A stretch of DNA of 64,000 nucleotides. It comes from Alphaproteobacteria bacterium (lineage in GTDB: Bacteria > Pseudomonadota > Alphaproteobacteria > UBA828). Below the pieces are notes generated by a model. It ran no database searches, had not been told where the DNA came from, and saw nothing but the letters and a program-made list of their open reading frames with translations. This document shows positions 10,210-19,983 of the stretch, piece by piece; position 1 is the stretch's first letter; each line of letters opens with the position of its first letter. The stretch lies in assembly GCA_963422645.2 (NCBI GenBank), contig CAXXVO010000007.1, forward strand, positions 416,001 through 480,000, read 5' to 3'. The translations under genes and the position numbers were made by a program.

Positions 10210-11710
10210 GACCGGCCTCCCTCAGGCTGTCGTAGCGCTGACAGTCGGCTACCGGCTTGTGGCGAAGCTGCAGGCCCTCGGGCGTCGGGATGATTGCCGG
10301 CGGTGCCGGCTGGCGCTGCCGGGCGAGGATGTTGAGCACCACGTCGGCGCTGCAGGCACCGCAGTCGAGCGTCTCGGCACAGGCCGCCTCAACCGCCTCC
10401 AGTCCGTCCTCCAGCACCGCCGCGAGCACCTTGACGAACTGCCGGTCGCCGTCGTCGTGGCCCGCGAGCCGGGTTCGCAGGCGGCCGAGCGCGTTGGGCA
10501 ACTGCCAGTCCTTGAAGGGCGCGCCATTGCGTAGCGCGCCGGGCTTCCGCGTCAGGATCGGCACGTAATGCCACGGATCGTAGACGAACCGGCCGCGCCC
10601 GAAGCTGCGGGGGTGCTCGGCAACGGTCTTGCCGTCCTGGCGGATGACGATCCGATCGGCATAGGCCCGCACGTCCACCGGCCGGCCGACGGCGCGGGCC
10701 GCGACGCTGTACTGGTTGTTGTCGAAGCGCACCAGACAGGTCTTCGAGACCGACACCTCGCTGGCATGGAAGCCGTCGAAGGGGCCGCGATACGCCATCA
10801 GGAAGGGCTGCTCCTCCTCGAACACCTGCCACACCGTCTTGCCCGGGATTGTCGGATGCGGATGCTTCTTGGCGTCCTCGATGCACCGATCCATCAGCCA
10901 CTCGTTGATCTCGGCGTAGGAGCGGCCCCGCGGGATGGGCACGAACAGGCGGCCGCGAAGGTCACCCACCTGCTTCTCGACCTGCCCCTTCTCCCAGCCA
11001 GCCCCTGGCGTGCACGCCACAGGCTCCACCAGATGGTGCGAGCACAGCTCCTGGAAGCGGCGGTTGTAGTCCCGCTTCTTGCCCACGAAGATCGTGCTCA
11101 CCGCCGTCTTCATGTTGTCGTAGATGCCCCGCCGGCAGACCCCGCCGAAGAAGCGGAAGGCACGCTCGTGCGCCTCGAAGACCATCTCCTGGCTCTCGCG
11201 GGGAAAGATCTGGACCAGATACATCCGGCTGTGGCACAGCCGCATGTGCGCCGCCTTCACCCTGGTCGTCGCGCCCGACAGACGCGCGTACTCGTGGCTC
11301 CAGTCGAACTGGTAGGCCTCGCCGGGATCGAAGATCAGCGGCACATAGGCCTGCGCCGGCGACAACAGCCGCCACCGGCGCCGCCAGGCCCTGGCATAGC
11401 GGCGAACCGCGTCATAGCCGCCCTTGTAGCCCAGCGACACAAGGTCTTCATGAATCCGCAGAAGAGACAGCCGATCCTTGCGTGCCTTCTTCTCGTTGGC
11501 CTTCAGCTGGCGCTCAAGCTCCTCCACCCACAGCCCAAGCTTCGGCATCGGCTGGATCTTGCGCTCGTAGCTGTGCGAGGTCGCATCGCCCCGCACCACC
11601 TTGCGTATCGTGTTCTTGGAAACCCTCAAATCCCGGGCGAGCTTCTTGATCGGAACGCCCTTCACCAGATGATCCCGACGGATCTTCGCGATCGTTTCCA
11701 CAACCAGCAT
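10196..11710 (-). CDS. istA: IS21 transposase IstA
   Basis: HTH N-terminus, [20 protein letters not shown]. Confidence 0.96.
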   Translation of the reverse strand: MLVVETIAKIRRDHLVKGVPIKKLARDLRVSKNTIRKVVRGDATSHSYERKIQPMPKLGLWVEELERQLKANEKKARKDRLSLLRIHEDLVSLGYKGGYDAVRRYARAWRRRWRLLSPAQAYVPLIFDPGEAYQFDWSHEYARLSGATTRVKAAHMRLCHSRMYLVQIFPRESQEMVFEAHERAFRFFGGVCRRGIYDNMKTAVSTIFVGKKRDYNRRFQELCSHHLVEPVACTPGAGWEKGQVEKQVGDLRGRLFVPIPRGRSYAEINEWLMDRCIEDAKKHPHPTIPGKTVWQVFEEEQPFLMAYRGPFDGFHASEVSVSKTCLVRFDNNQYSVAARAVGRPVDVRAYADRIVIRQDGKTVAEHPRSFGRGRFVYDPWHYVPILTRKPGALRNGAPFKDWQLPNALGRLRTRLAGHDDGDRQFVKVLAAVLEDGLEAVEAACAETLDCGACSADVVLNILARQRQPAPPAIIPTPEGLQLRHKPVADCQRYDSLREAGHGAS

Positions 11711-11826
11711 CTCCCCCACCACCCCGTCCGTCCAAACGACGAGGTGTGTTCATGGACACAAATCCAAGGGGGTCAATTTTGGACGCCGATCACCCCCAAT
11801 AGGGGGTCACTTTTCCACGCTTAACA

Positions 11827-12744
11827 ACACCACCACCGCGCAAGCGGGTCCGTCCGCAGGGTCGAGCATGGCGGCGAGATGCTGCATGCTCGAGCCGGCC
11901 GGCAGGGCGGCGAGGAAACGCGTCGGACGGCCCGCGGGGCGCGCCATCGGGTGGAAGCGGCCCCGCAGCCGGGTCTCGCGCAGGGCGGTATCCAGCAAGG
12001 GACGCGCGGAATCCGCCGGCATCCAGTTCCGGATGAGCGGCACGAGCGCCGGCAGGGCGGGCTCCATGGCGTGTCGCCCCGCACCCGGCCGGAGAGGCCG
12101 CTGGCGGCCGCCAGGCGAACCTCGGGCGAGCGGTCCAGCAGCCAGTAAAGGGCGGCGCGGCCGTACCGCTCCTCTTCGCGCCCCGAAACATGGTGGACGA
12201 AGGTCGGCCTGAACTCGGACGGAAGGACCGCCATCAGGTTGGCGAGGAGGTCGTGCAGCAGATGATCGTCGCCGCCCGCATGGCGCGCGAGACGGTCGAT
12301 CTCCCCGTCCAGCAGGCCGGGAAACGCGGCAAGCGCCTGGCCGGTGCCGGGTTCGCCGGCGAAGATCGGGAAGAGGCATTCCGGCGCATCCAGGCCTGCG
12401 CGGATGAAGGCGCGTGCCAGACCGAGCGCGGCGTGGTCCGGGAGGTCGCCGCGGGCGGCCAGGGTATCGATGGCGCCGCGCGCCTCGGCGAGGAAGGGCT
12501 CGCCGAAGCGGCGTCGGTTCTCGGCATCGCGTTGCGCCCGTTCGACCAGGACCCCGAACAGGTCGAGCGGAGCGTTGCGCTCCGGGTCCGCGGTCCGCGC
12601 GATGCGGGCGGCGAGCATGGAAGCGATGCCCGTCCTGCCGAGAAGCACCGGCGCGTGCTCCTCCGCCAGCTCCCTTCGGTCGAGGAAGTCGTCGAAGCCG
12701 TCGAGCTCGTCGAGGCAGGCTTGCAGAAGATCGGCTTCGGGCAT
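11827..12744 (-). pseudogene. Hypothetical protein, frameshifted near 12080 and 3'-truncated by IS21
   Basis: Coding-like reading MPEADLLQACLD...ALYWLLD continues in another frame (MEPALPALVPLIRNWMPAD...) up to the IS21 end. Confidence 0.45.
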
Positions 12745-12878
12745 GGTCGTGTCCGGGATAGAGGGCTGATGCCGGGGATCGAGACGCATCGTGCCATGGC
12801 GAGCCCGGTCGTTGAAGACGGCAGGGAGAGACGAAGAGGCGGCGGGGCGCCCGCAGCGGACACCCCGCCGACGGTGGA

Positions 12879-13199
12879 TCAGCGGCGCCGGGCGTCGACG
12901 AAAATGCCCGCCGCGTAGCTCCCCCACATTTGCATGCCCGAGTCCGTCAGGTTGACCCCGGTGCAGACGATGACCTCGTGGCGCTCGGGCCGCAGCCGCT
13001 GAACGGCCCGCAAGCTCATCGCCTTGCGCGCCTGCTTGCGTCCGCCCTTCGATCCCTTGCCGGGCCGCCAGGGCCGGATCTGGCCCTAGTAGTCGGACAG
13101 GTACCGCTCGACCACGTAGCGCTGGTCATCGAGCCCTTGCCCGAACAGGTGGGTGAGGTAGGTTCGGGCGTTTCCATGGAGTGTGCCGTTGATCTGCAT
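12879..13199 (-). pseudogene. 106-codon ORF with one in-frame TAG
   Basis: GGGAGG RBS, ATG 13199, MQINGTLHG...YLSDY*GQIRPWRPG...DARRR; TAG at 13086-13088. Confidence 0.4.
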
Positions 13200-13641
13200 G
13201 TGCCGCCTCCCGCTAGCCTGTGAGTGGAAGCGGCGAGGACGCCTCTCGCCGGACGCCGCACGCCGCGCCCCGCTTCAGGCCGGGCTCTCCCTCCTGCCGG
13301 CGTGAGGGCGCCGGCGCGGAGCAAGGATCGTGATGCGGGTTGCAGGCGGGGGGCCGCACGCCGCCGGGCCGGGCGGCCCTGCGGCGCCGCCGAGGCCCGG
13401 ATGGGCGACGGCATGGCTGGGCCGTGCGCGGCTGCGGAGGACGGGGCGGCGATCCCGCTGCCAGGGTTTCCGCGGGCTTTTGAGGTCAGGAGTGGTCTGG
13501 AGTTTACTTCGGGGTGGTTACTGGGTGATTATTTTCCTCGTTCCGGCGTCGGGCGCACGCTCGTGTCTTCTCCCAAGCTATTGAAATGAAATGGTTATGC
13601 GCGACGGCGCGCCCAACCGTGTTGGTGGTGAGAAATCCGGG

Positions 13642-15486
13642 CTAATCCACGATGTGGTAGACGGGGGCCTTCTCCATGGCCCATTCCCCGGACTCCCGGT
13701 CGTAGCGGGACAGGGTGAAGCAGTGCCAATCGGTGTCGTCCAGCTTCGGATGGTCGCCCCGATAGTAGTATCCCGGCCACCGCGTCTCCGTCCTGAACAT
13801 CGTGTGGTGGGTCACCGCCTCCGAGGCCAGCACCCGGTGGTGCAGCTCCCACGCCCGCTGAAGCTGGTGCAGGTCCTCGGCCCCGAGATGGTCGAGGTCT
13901 TCCTTCAGCATGTCCAGCAGCTCCAGCCCGCGCGTGAGCATGGGCTCGTTCGTCGTGTAGTTGGCACCGATACCGCCGACGTACTCGTCCATGATCTTCT
14001 CGAGACGCTGGAGACCGTGAATCGGCAGCATGTAGCTGGGTGAGACAGTTCCCGCGACGATCTCGTTGCGGCCGATGCGGTAGGTCTCCAGGGGCTGGAA
14101 GATGACCGTCTTGAGGTCTTCGTACTCTTTCTCGCTGACTTGCGGTTGCTCGCTCTTCAGGTCGTTGACGTAGTTGACCGCCGCCTTCCCGGCGATCCGG
14201 CCTTCCGTGTAGGAGCCCGACGAGAACTTGTGGGCGGAGCCTCCGATGGTGTCGCCGGCGCCGAAGAGCCCGTCGACGGTCATCATCCGGTTGTATCCCC
14301 ACTGGTAGTCCGCCGGCGCGCAGTCTTCCGGGCCGCTAGCCCAGGCGCCCGAGCACGTGGCGTGCGAGCCCATGACGTAGGGCTCGGACGTGGTCAGCTC
14401 CGGATTGGTGTGCTTGGGATCGATGTTCTGGGAGGCCCAGACGACCGCCTGCCCGATCGTCATGCCCAGGAAATTCTCCCAGCCGACCTGCTCCTTGTGC
14501 GGATCGGCGAAGGCCTCCTTCGTCACCATGCGGATCGGGCCCCGGCCGGCCTTGACCTCCTCCAGGAAGGCATGGTTGCGCAGGCAGGTCGGCACCGGAT
14601 GCATGTCGATGTAGTCGCCGACCAGCGTCTTGGTTTGGTCGTACCACTTGGACTCGTACTCCTCCCCATAGGCGTTCTCGGTGTAGGTCTTGAGGTGGAG
14701 GAAATAGGCGCCGACCGGCCCGTAGCCGTCCTTGAAGCGGGTGAGGACGATCCGGTTCTCCATCTGGGTCATCTTGGCGCCGACGAGGATCGGCAGCGCA
14801 TAGGCCGACGCGCTGCTCCAGGGCGCATACCAGGTGCGTCCCATGCCCTCGCCCACCGCGCGGGGCTTGAAGATGTGCGACGCGCCGCCGGCGGAGACGA
14901 TCACGGCCTTGGCGCGAAAGACGTAGAATTCCCCGCTGCGGACGTTGAACCCGACTGCGCCCGCGACGCGGCTGGGCTTGGTCCGGTCCATCAGCAGGTG
15001 GGTCACCATGATCCGGTTGTAGACCTCGGTGGCGGCCTTGCGGGCGGCCTCGGCGACGATCGGCTTGTAGCTCTCGCCGTGGATCATGATCTGCCACTTG
15101 CCTTCCCGCTGATAGCGCCCGGTCTCCGGGTCCTTCATCATGGGAAGGCCCCACTCCTCGAACTTGTGCACCGTGGAGTCGACGTGGCGGGCGATGTCGT
15201 AGCCCAGATCCTCCCGCACCAGGCCCATGAGGTCGTTCCGGGCGTAGCGGACATGGTCCTCAGGCTGGTTCTCGTTCCACTGCATGCCCATGTAGCAGTT
15301 GATCGCATAGAGGCCCTGGGCCACGGCGCCGCTGCGCTCGATGTTCGCCTTCTCGACGCAGACCACCTTCAGGTCGCGCCCCCAGTATCGGGCCTCGTAG
15401 GTCGCCCCGCAGCCGGCCATGCCGCCGCCGATGACCAGGATGTCTGCATCCACGAAGACCGTCTTACGGCGCGAGAACAAAGCCAC
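13642..15486 (-). CDS. aprA: Adenylylsulfate (APS) reductase alpha subunit
   Basis: DILVIGGGMAGCG, RSGAVAQGL, GKWQIMIHGESYK, RFKDGYGPVGA, EPYVMGSH, HKFSSGS. GTG start overlaps the aprB stop, GAGGGAGG RBS. Confidence 0.96.
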   Translation of the reverse strand: MALFSRRKTVFVDADILVIGGGMAGCGATYEARYWGRDLKVVCVEKANIERSGAVAQGLYAINCYMGMQWNENQPEDHVRYARNDLMGLVREDLGYDIARHVDSTVHKFEEWGLPMMKDPETGRYQREGKWQIMIHGESYKPIVAEAARKAATEVYNRIMVTHLLMDRTKPSRVAGAVGFNVRSGEFYVFRAKAVIVSAGGASHIFKPRAVGEGMGRTWYAPWSSASAYALPILVGAKMTQMENRIVLTRFKDGYGPVGAYFLHLKTYTENAYGEEYESKWYDQTKTLVGDYIDMHPVPTCLRNHAFLEEVKAGRGPIRMVTKEAFADPHKEQVGWENFLGMTIGQAVVWASQNIDPKHTNPELTTSEPYVMGSHATCSGAWASGPEDCAPADYQWGYNRMMTVDGLFGAGDTIGGSAHKFSSGSYTEGRIAGKAAVNYVNDLKSEQPQVSEKEYEDLKTVIFQPLETYRIGRNEIVAGTVSPSYMLPIHGLQRLEKIMDEYVGGIGANYTTNEPMLTRGLELLDMLKEDLDHLGAEDLHQLQRAWELHHRVLASEAVTHHTMFRTETRWPGYYYRGDHPKLDDTDWHCFTLSRYDRESGEWAMEKAPVYHIVD

Positions 15487-15947
15487 TAGAGGCCTCCCTC
15501 CTTGAATCGCTCCGGCGCGAGCACAGGCAGCGCCTCGATGTTGAGCGCGTCCGGCTCGTGCGCGAGTTCCTGGGATTTCATCGCGTCCGCCGTGGGTGCC
15601 GCGTAGTCGGTCGGCGGCTTGATCGATCCCCACGGCGTGGTCCGGATCGGCGAAACGAAATCCTTTTCCCTGCCGTCCCGGAACTTGATCTTCCAGGAGA
15701 TCGTGCCTTTCGCCTCCTCCCGCAGCACCCGCACGCTGTGCCCCATGGGAGCGAAGTCGGCGTAGCCGCGGCAGTCGATGGCATTCTGCGGACACGCCTT
15801 CACGCAGGAGTAGCACTCCCAGCACATGTTGGGCTCGATGTTGTAGGCGCGCCGGTAGGTTTTATCGATATGCATGATGTCGGACGGGCAGATGTCGACG
15901 CAGTATCCGCAGCCGTCGCACCGGGTCATGTATACGAATGTCGGCAT
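15486..15947 (-). CDS. aprB: APS reductase beta subunit (2x[4Fe-4S])
   Basis: MPTFVYMTRCDGCGYCVDICPSD...CWECYSCVKACPQ...RGYADF. Confidence 0.97.
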   Translation of the reverse strand: MPTFVYMTRCDGCGYCVDICPSDIMHIDKTYRRAYNIEPNMCWECYSCVKACPQNAIDCRGYADFAPMGHSVRVLREEAKGTISWKIKFRDGREKDFVSPIRTTPWGSIKPPTDYAAPTADAMKSQELAHEPDALNIEALPVLAPERFKEGGL

Positions 15948-15990
15948 GGGGCTCCGTTATCTCCTCTGTCGAAGACCGCTGGCGGGCCGA

Positions 15991-16767
15991 TCAGTAGTGG
16001 CGGGGCCGTTCGCGGGCACTGCCGAAAGTTTCGGGCTTGTCGGCGGGGGCCGGCAGGTTGCTTCTCGAGCCGGCTGCCTCCGATACCCGCTTTTCGAAGG
16101 CCGCCGCGGGCTTGAAGAACATGTGCGAGAACTTGGACCACGGAACGGCGCCGAAGAGCACCGTCGTGGCGATGAGGTAAAGGACGAGGACGATGTACGT
16201 TCCCCAGCTCTCGACCGACTGCAGGGCGGCCCAGATCAGCCCCAGCGACGTGGTGGCGAGAAGCGAGAGGACGAAGAGGTCGGCGCGCATGATCCGGAAG
16301 GGCGTATGGCCCTCGGCCGACACGTCGACCCGGATGAAGAACCAGAACCAGTAACCGCCGAGGCAGACCAGCAGGGCGCCTGCGATCCACAACTGGGGCA
16401 GGACGGCGGGCGTCGCCGTGGCGGGGCAGAACACCATGACGACGGTGGTCGCGACGTAGAGCAGGAAGCCGTACATCGTCAGCAGATGGGCAACGCGGCG
16501 GCGGCCCAGGCCGAATTCCGCGGAGGTCAGGACCTCCACCAAAGCAGTCTGGATCGCGAGCGACAGCATTTTCCCGCCGCCAACTTTCTGCGTGCCCTTG
16601 TCCCGTGAGTTCCGCCAGCTGCCGAAGAAGTAGGCGGCGCTCCCCTTGTGCCAGACATCGAAGAGGGTGCCGCCCACGACCAGCGCGATCATGACGCCGA
16701 CGTAGGCCTGTATCGCGGAGGGCGGTATGGACTCCGAAAGCACGGCGAAGGGATTATTGGTGAACAC
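15991..16767 (-). CDS. aprM: APS reductase membrane anchor
   Basis: (M)FTNNPFAVLS, DVWHKGSA, AHLLTMYG, WFWFFIRVDV, WSKFSHMFFKP; several TM segments; directly upstream of aprBA. Confidence 0.9.
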   Translation of the reverse strand: MFTNNPFAVLSESIPPSAIQAYVGVMIALVVGGTLFDVWHKGSAAYFFGSWRNSRDKGTQKVGGGKMLSLAIQTALVEVLTSAEFGLGRRRVAHLLTMYGFLLYVATTVVMVFCPATATPAVLPQLWIAGALLVCLGGYWFWFFIRVDVSAEGHTPFRIMRADLFVLSLLATTSLGLIWAALQSVESWGTYIVLVLYLIATTVLFGAVPWSKFSHMFFKPAAAFEKRVSEAAGSRSNLPAPADKPETFGSARERPRHY

Positions 16768-16992
16768 GCGACGACCCCCAATGTGAGCCTGTTCCATTCA
16801 ACGCGGGCAGCGACGTTATCAATGCATCCCCGCAAAGGGCATCAAATTCTTGTTGGAGTCGGATGGCGAGCGCTGGACCGGTGCACTCCGTCGCAGACGC
16901 GCGGTGAAACCGGTTACATCTCTCGCACGGGCGCAAGATCATGCGCAAGCATAATCGAGTTGCAGGCGCGGGAAAATCGGCCCGGGCGACGC

Positions 16993-18417
16993 TCAGTCCC
17001 CGCCGGCAAGCGCCGGCACAGGCAGGCCGCTCGGCACGCTCTCGGGCACGATGAGCGCGCGGCTGTCGGCCTGGGCGTCCTCCAGGCTCTGGAGGAAGGC
17101 GAGGAGGCTCGCGCGCCCGTCTTCGTCGAGCGTCACGCCCCTTCTCAGCATGGGCGCGAAACTCGCGCGCCGCAGCGCCTCGGCGGAGGGGTCGGCCGCG
17201 GCATCGGCCCCCGCCCCGCCGGTGGGCGGCGCGAGATGGAGCGCGATGGCGTCCTCCAGGCTCGCGACGGCCCCGCTGTGGAAATAGGGTGCGGTCAGCG
17301 TGACGTTGCGGAGCGGCGGCGTGCGGAACTGATAGCGGTGCCGGGGAATCCGCGTCGCCTCGTAGCGGCCGCGGTCGTCGCCGGTCTCGTCGATTCCCGG
17401 GCCGATCTGGGGCGCGGCGAGGGAGTGGAACTGGAAGTCGCTCAGGAGCGGGCCGCTGTGGCAGGCGACGCAGCGGCCCTTGCCGTAGAAGAGCAGTGCG
17501 CCCCGCTTCGCCGCGGTGTCGATGGCGTCCTTGTCGCCGGCGAGATAACGATCCCACGGCGTCTCGCGCGTGGCGAAGGCCAGCCCCTGGAAGTGGCCGA
17601 CGGCGTTGGCGAGATCGCCGATGGTGACCGCACCGAGCAGGGTCTCGGGAAAGGCCTGGGCGATGAGCCGGCGGTAGGCGATCTGCCAGTCGGCGAGCGG
17701 CGTGCCGGCCTGGCCGAGGAGCCGGCGCATCAGCGCGTCGTGGACCGCGACGAAGCGCTCGGGCTCATCCTCGTCCAGGCCCGCCGCCGCGAGGGCGATC
17801 TCGTTGGGCCGATCCCCATGACCGCCGGGCAGGTCGGGCGCCGAGCGGTCGCCGGGGAGGCCCAGCATCTCCTCCTCGCCGACGAGCGGGAAGAGCGCCT
17901 GCGCTGCCAGCACGCTCTCAATCCCGTCCGGCAGGTAATCCATCATCGGGGTCTGGAATCGGCTCACTGGCGCCTCGATCTCGCTCACCCGCCCGTCCCA
18001 GAACATGTTGCGCACGCTCGGGTGCCCGCGATTCCAGAGGTCCATGGTGTTGCGCGGGTGTACTCGCTCCGTGTCGAGCGCGCGGCGCTCCTCCGCGAGG
18101 CCGGCGGCACGCACGCCGAGCGAGAGCGCCACCCCGTCCGACGTGCCCCGCCCCAGCAGGTGGCAGGTGGCGCAGGCCACGTCGCGCGTGCCGCTGAGGA
18201 TGGGGTCGAAGAAGAGCATCTGGCCCAGGCGGAACTTGGGCGACGTCACCAGCGGCGGCATCTCCAGGGGCTCGAGCCCGCGCGCCCTGATGACGCGGTC
18301 GAGCGCCGCATCGAGGTCGTCGCCTGCCGCCAGCGCCGGCAACGCCGCTGCGCCGCAGGAAAGGCACAGCCAGGCACACAAGAAGAGCAGCGCTTTGACA
18401 GGCTGAAGCAGCCGCAT
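16993..18417 (-). CDS. Di-heme cytochrome c peroxidase/MauG-family protein, exported
   Basis: Signal peptide, LGQMLFFDPILS, CATCH, FWDGR, CVACH, FRTPPLRNV, PYFHSG. Confidence 0.9.
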   Translation of the reverse strand: MRLLQPVKALLFLCAWLCLSCGAAALPALAAGDDLDAALDRVIRARGLEPLEMPPLVTSPKFRLGQMLFFDPILSGTRDVACATCHLLGRGTSDGVALSLGVRAAGLAEERRALDTERVHPRNTMDLWNRGHPSVRNMFWDGRVSEIEAPVSRFQTPMMDYLPDGIESVLAAQALFPLVGEEEMLGLPGDRSAPDLPGGHGDRPNEIALAAAGLDEDEPERFVAVHDALMRRLLGQAGTPLADWQIAYRRLIAQAFPETLLGAVTIGDLANAVGHFQGLAFATRETPWDRYLAGDKDAIDTAAKRGALLFYGKGRCVACHSGPLLSDFQFHSLAAPQIGPGIDETGDDRGRYEATRIPRHRYQFRTPPLRNVTLTAPYFHSGAVASLEDAIALHLAPPTGGAGADAAADPSAEALRRASFAPMLRRGVTLDEDGRASLLAFLQSLEDAQADSRALIVPESVPSGLPVPALAGGD

Positions 18418-18460
18418 GACGGCAGTTCCTCAACCCGTTCGATCCTGCCGGCGAGCTTAG

Positions 18461-18524
18461 CCCGGATTTCTCCGCAGGGTCATGGTCTGCGTCACCTGGA
18501 GCGCGGCGGCGCGAGAAATCCGAG
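18461..18524. repeat. MITE-like 64-bp inverted-repeat unit
   Basis: CCCGGATTTCTC...GAGAAATCCGAG preceded by TTAG; the same end occurs as GAGAAATCCGGG-CTAA at 13630-13645. Confidence 0.5.
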
Positions 18525-18653
18525 CGATGCCTATCGGGGCATGTGAGACGGGTGTGATCCCGTCCCCTCTGCGCTACGATGCGGCCCCGCGGCGGTGCCG
18601 GACGTGTGCCGACACCCCGCGGGCGGCATTTCAACGGACGAAGGGGGACGTCC

Positions 18654-19469
18654 ATGCCAGAGTTGCTTCGGCCCGGCTCGATCGACGAAGCGGCCGATCT
18701 GATCGCCCGCCACGGCGCTGCGGCTGCGGTGCTCGCAGGCGGCACCAGCCTGATGCGCGAGACCTATCCGTCGGACGGGGGCTACCTGATCGGGGTGGAC
18801 CGCCTCGGCCTCGACAAGGTGGTGGCGCGCGATGGCGGGTGGTCGGTGGGGGCCGCAGTCTCGCTCAGCGTGCTACGCGAGGCCGTGCCGATTGCGGCGC
18901 TCCAGGCCGCGACCCGCGAGATCGGTGGGCCTGCGGTGCAGAACATGGCGACGGTCGGCGGCAACCTGTTCGCCCGGGCGCCCTTCGGCGACCTCGCCCC
19001 GGCGCTGCTCGCCCTCGGCGCGCAGCTGGTCTTCGCGACGGCCGACGGCGAGACGACTCAATCCATCGAGGATTTCTACGCCGGTTGGGCCGATGGCGCG
19101 CCGCCCGGCACCGGCCTGCTGACCCGGATCGAGCTCGACGCGCCAGCGGGCGCTTGCACCTACATGAAGTGCGCGCGGCGGCGCTATTCCACCCCGTCGG
19201 TGGTCACGGTTGCGGCCTGCGTACAGAAGGACGGAGACAGGGTGGCCGACGCCCGGATCGCGCTCAGCGGCGCGAACGCGCAGCCCACCCGCTGCGCACC
19301 GGCGGAGCAGGCGGTGATCGGCTCCGTCCTGGACGAGGGGGCCATAGCGGCGGCAGCTCAGGCGGCCGAGGGCGCAGTCGAGCCCCAGACCGACGCGATC
19401 GCAACCGACTGGTATCGCCGGCGCATGACCGGCGTCTTCGTCGGCCGGGTGCTGGCGGCGCTCGCCTGA
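18654..19469 (+). CDS. Mo-hydroxylase FAD-binding subunit (XDH family)
   Basis: LAGGTSL, IGGPAVQNMATVGGNL, DLAPALL. Confidence 0.9.
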   Translation: MPELLRPGSIDEAADLIARHGAAAAVLAGGTSLMRETYPSDGGYLIGVDRLGLDKVVARDGGWSVGAAVSLSVLREAVPIAALQAATREIGGPAVQNMATVGGNLFARAPFGDLAPALLALGAQLVFATADGETTQSIEDFYAGWADGAPPGTGLLTRIELDAPAGACTYMKCARRRYSTPSVVTVAACVQKDGDRVADARIALSGANAQPTRCAPAEQAVIGSVLDEGAIAAAAQAAEGAVEPQTDAIATDWYRRRMTGVFVGRVLAALA

Positions 19470-19491
19470 CGACGTTGAGCTGGAGGTAACG

Positions 19492-19983
19492 ATGGAAGAC
19501 AAGCTGATACGCCTCACGGTCAACGGCCGTGACGAGGCGGTGGTGATCCGGCCGTTGGCGACGCTGCAGGACGTGCTGCGGGACAATCTGGAGTTCAATG
19601 CAGTCAAGAGCGGCTGCGGCCAGGGCGGCTGCGGCAGCTGCTCGGTGCTGGTGGATGGGGAGCTTCACCTCTCCTGCCTGACACTCGCCGAGCGGGCGGA
19701 AGGGGCCGAGGTGACCACGCTCGAAGGTCTCAACGAGACCAACGCGATCGTGCCGCTGCAAGAGGCCTTCGTCGAGAACTACGCGGCGCAGTGCGGCTAC
19801 TGCACCGCCGGCATGGTCGTGGCGGCGAAGGCGCTGCTCGACCGCAACCCGACGCCAAGCCGCGACGAGATCGTGGAGGGGCTCTCGGGCAATCTCTGTC
19901 GCTGTACCGGGTTCGCGCCCATCGTCCGCGCGGTGCAGCAGGCCGCACAGGCGCTCTCGGATACCGAGGAGGAGGCGAGCTAA
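19492..19983 (+). CDS. Mo-hydroxylase 2x[2Fe-2S] subunit
   Basis: GCGQGGCGSC...C, QCGYC, NLCRCTG. Confidence 0.93.
   Translation: MEDKLIRLTVNGRDEAVVIRPLATLQDVLRDNLEFNAVKSGCGQGGCGSCSVLVDGELHLSCLTLAERAEGAEVTTLEGLNETNAIVPLQEAFVENYAAQCGYCTAGMVVAAKALLDRNPTPSRDEIVEGLSGNLCRCTGFAPIVRAVQQAAQALSDTEEEAS

Larger units (their letters stand above)
9279..11826 (-). mobile_element. IS21-family element (istA-istB)
   Basis: TG...CA ends: TGTCAATCGGC at 9279 and ...CACGCTTAACA at 11826; internal GATCGGCGTNCAAAATTGACCCC repeats; no flanking direct repeat seen. Confidence 0.93.

Noticed and set aside
13642-15825. 727-aa AprA with N-terminal extension or AprB-AprA fusion
   Set aside because: The extension overlaps aprB in another frame; GTG 15486 with an RBS gives a normal-length AprA.
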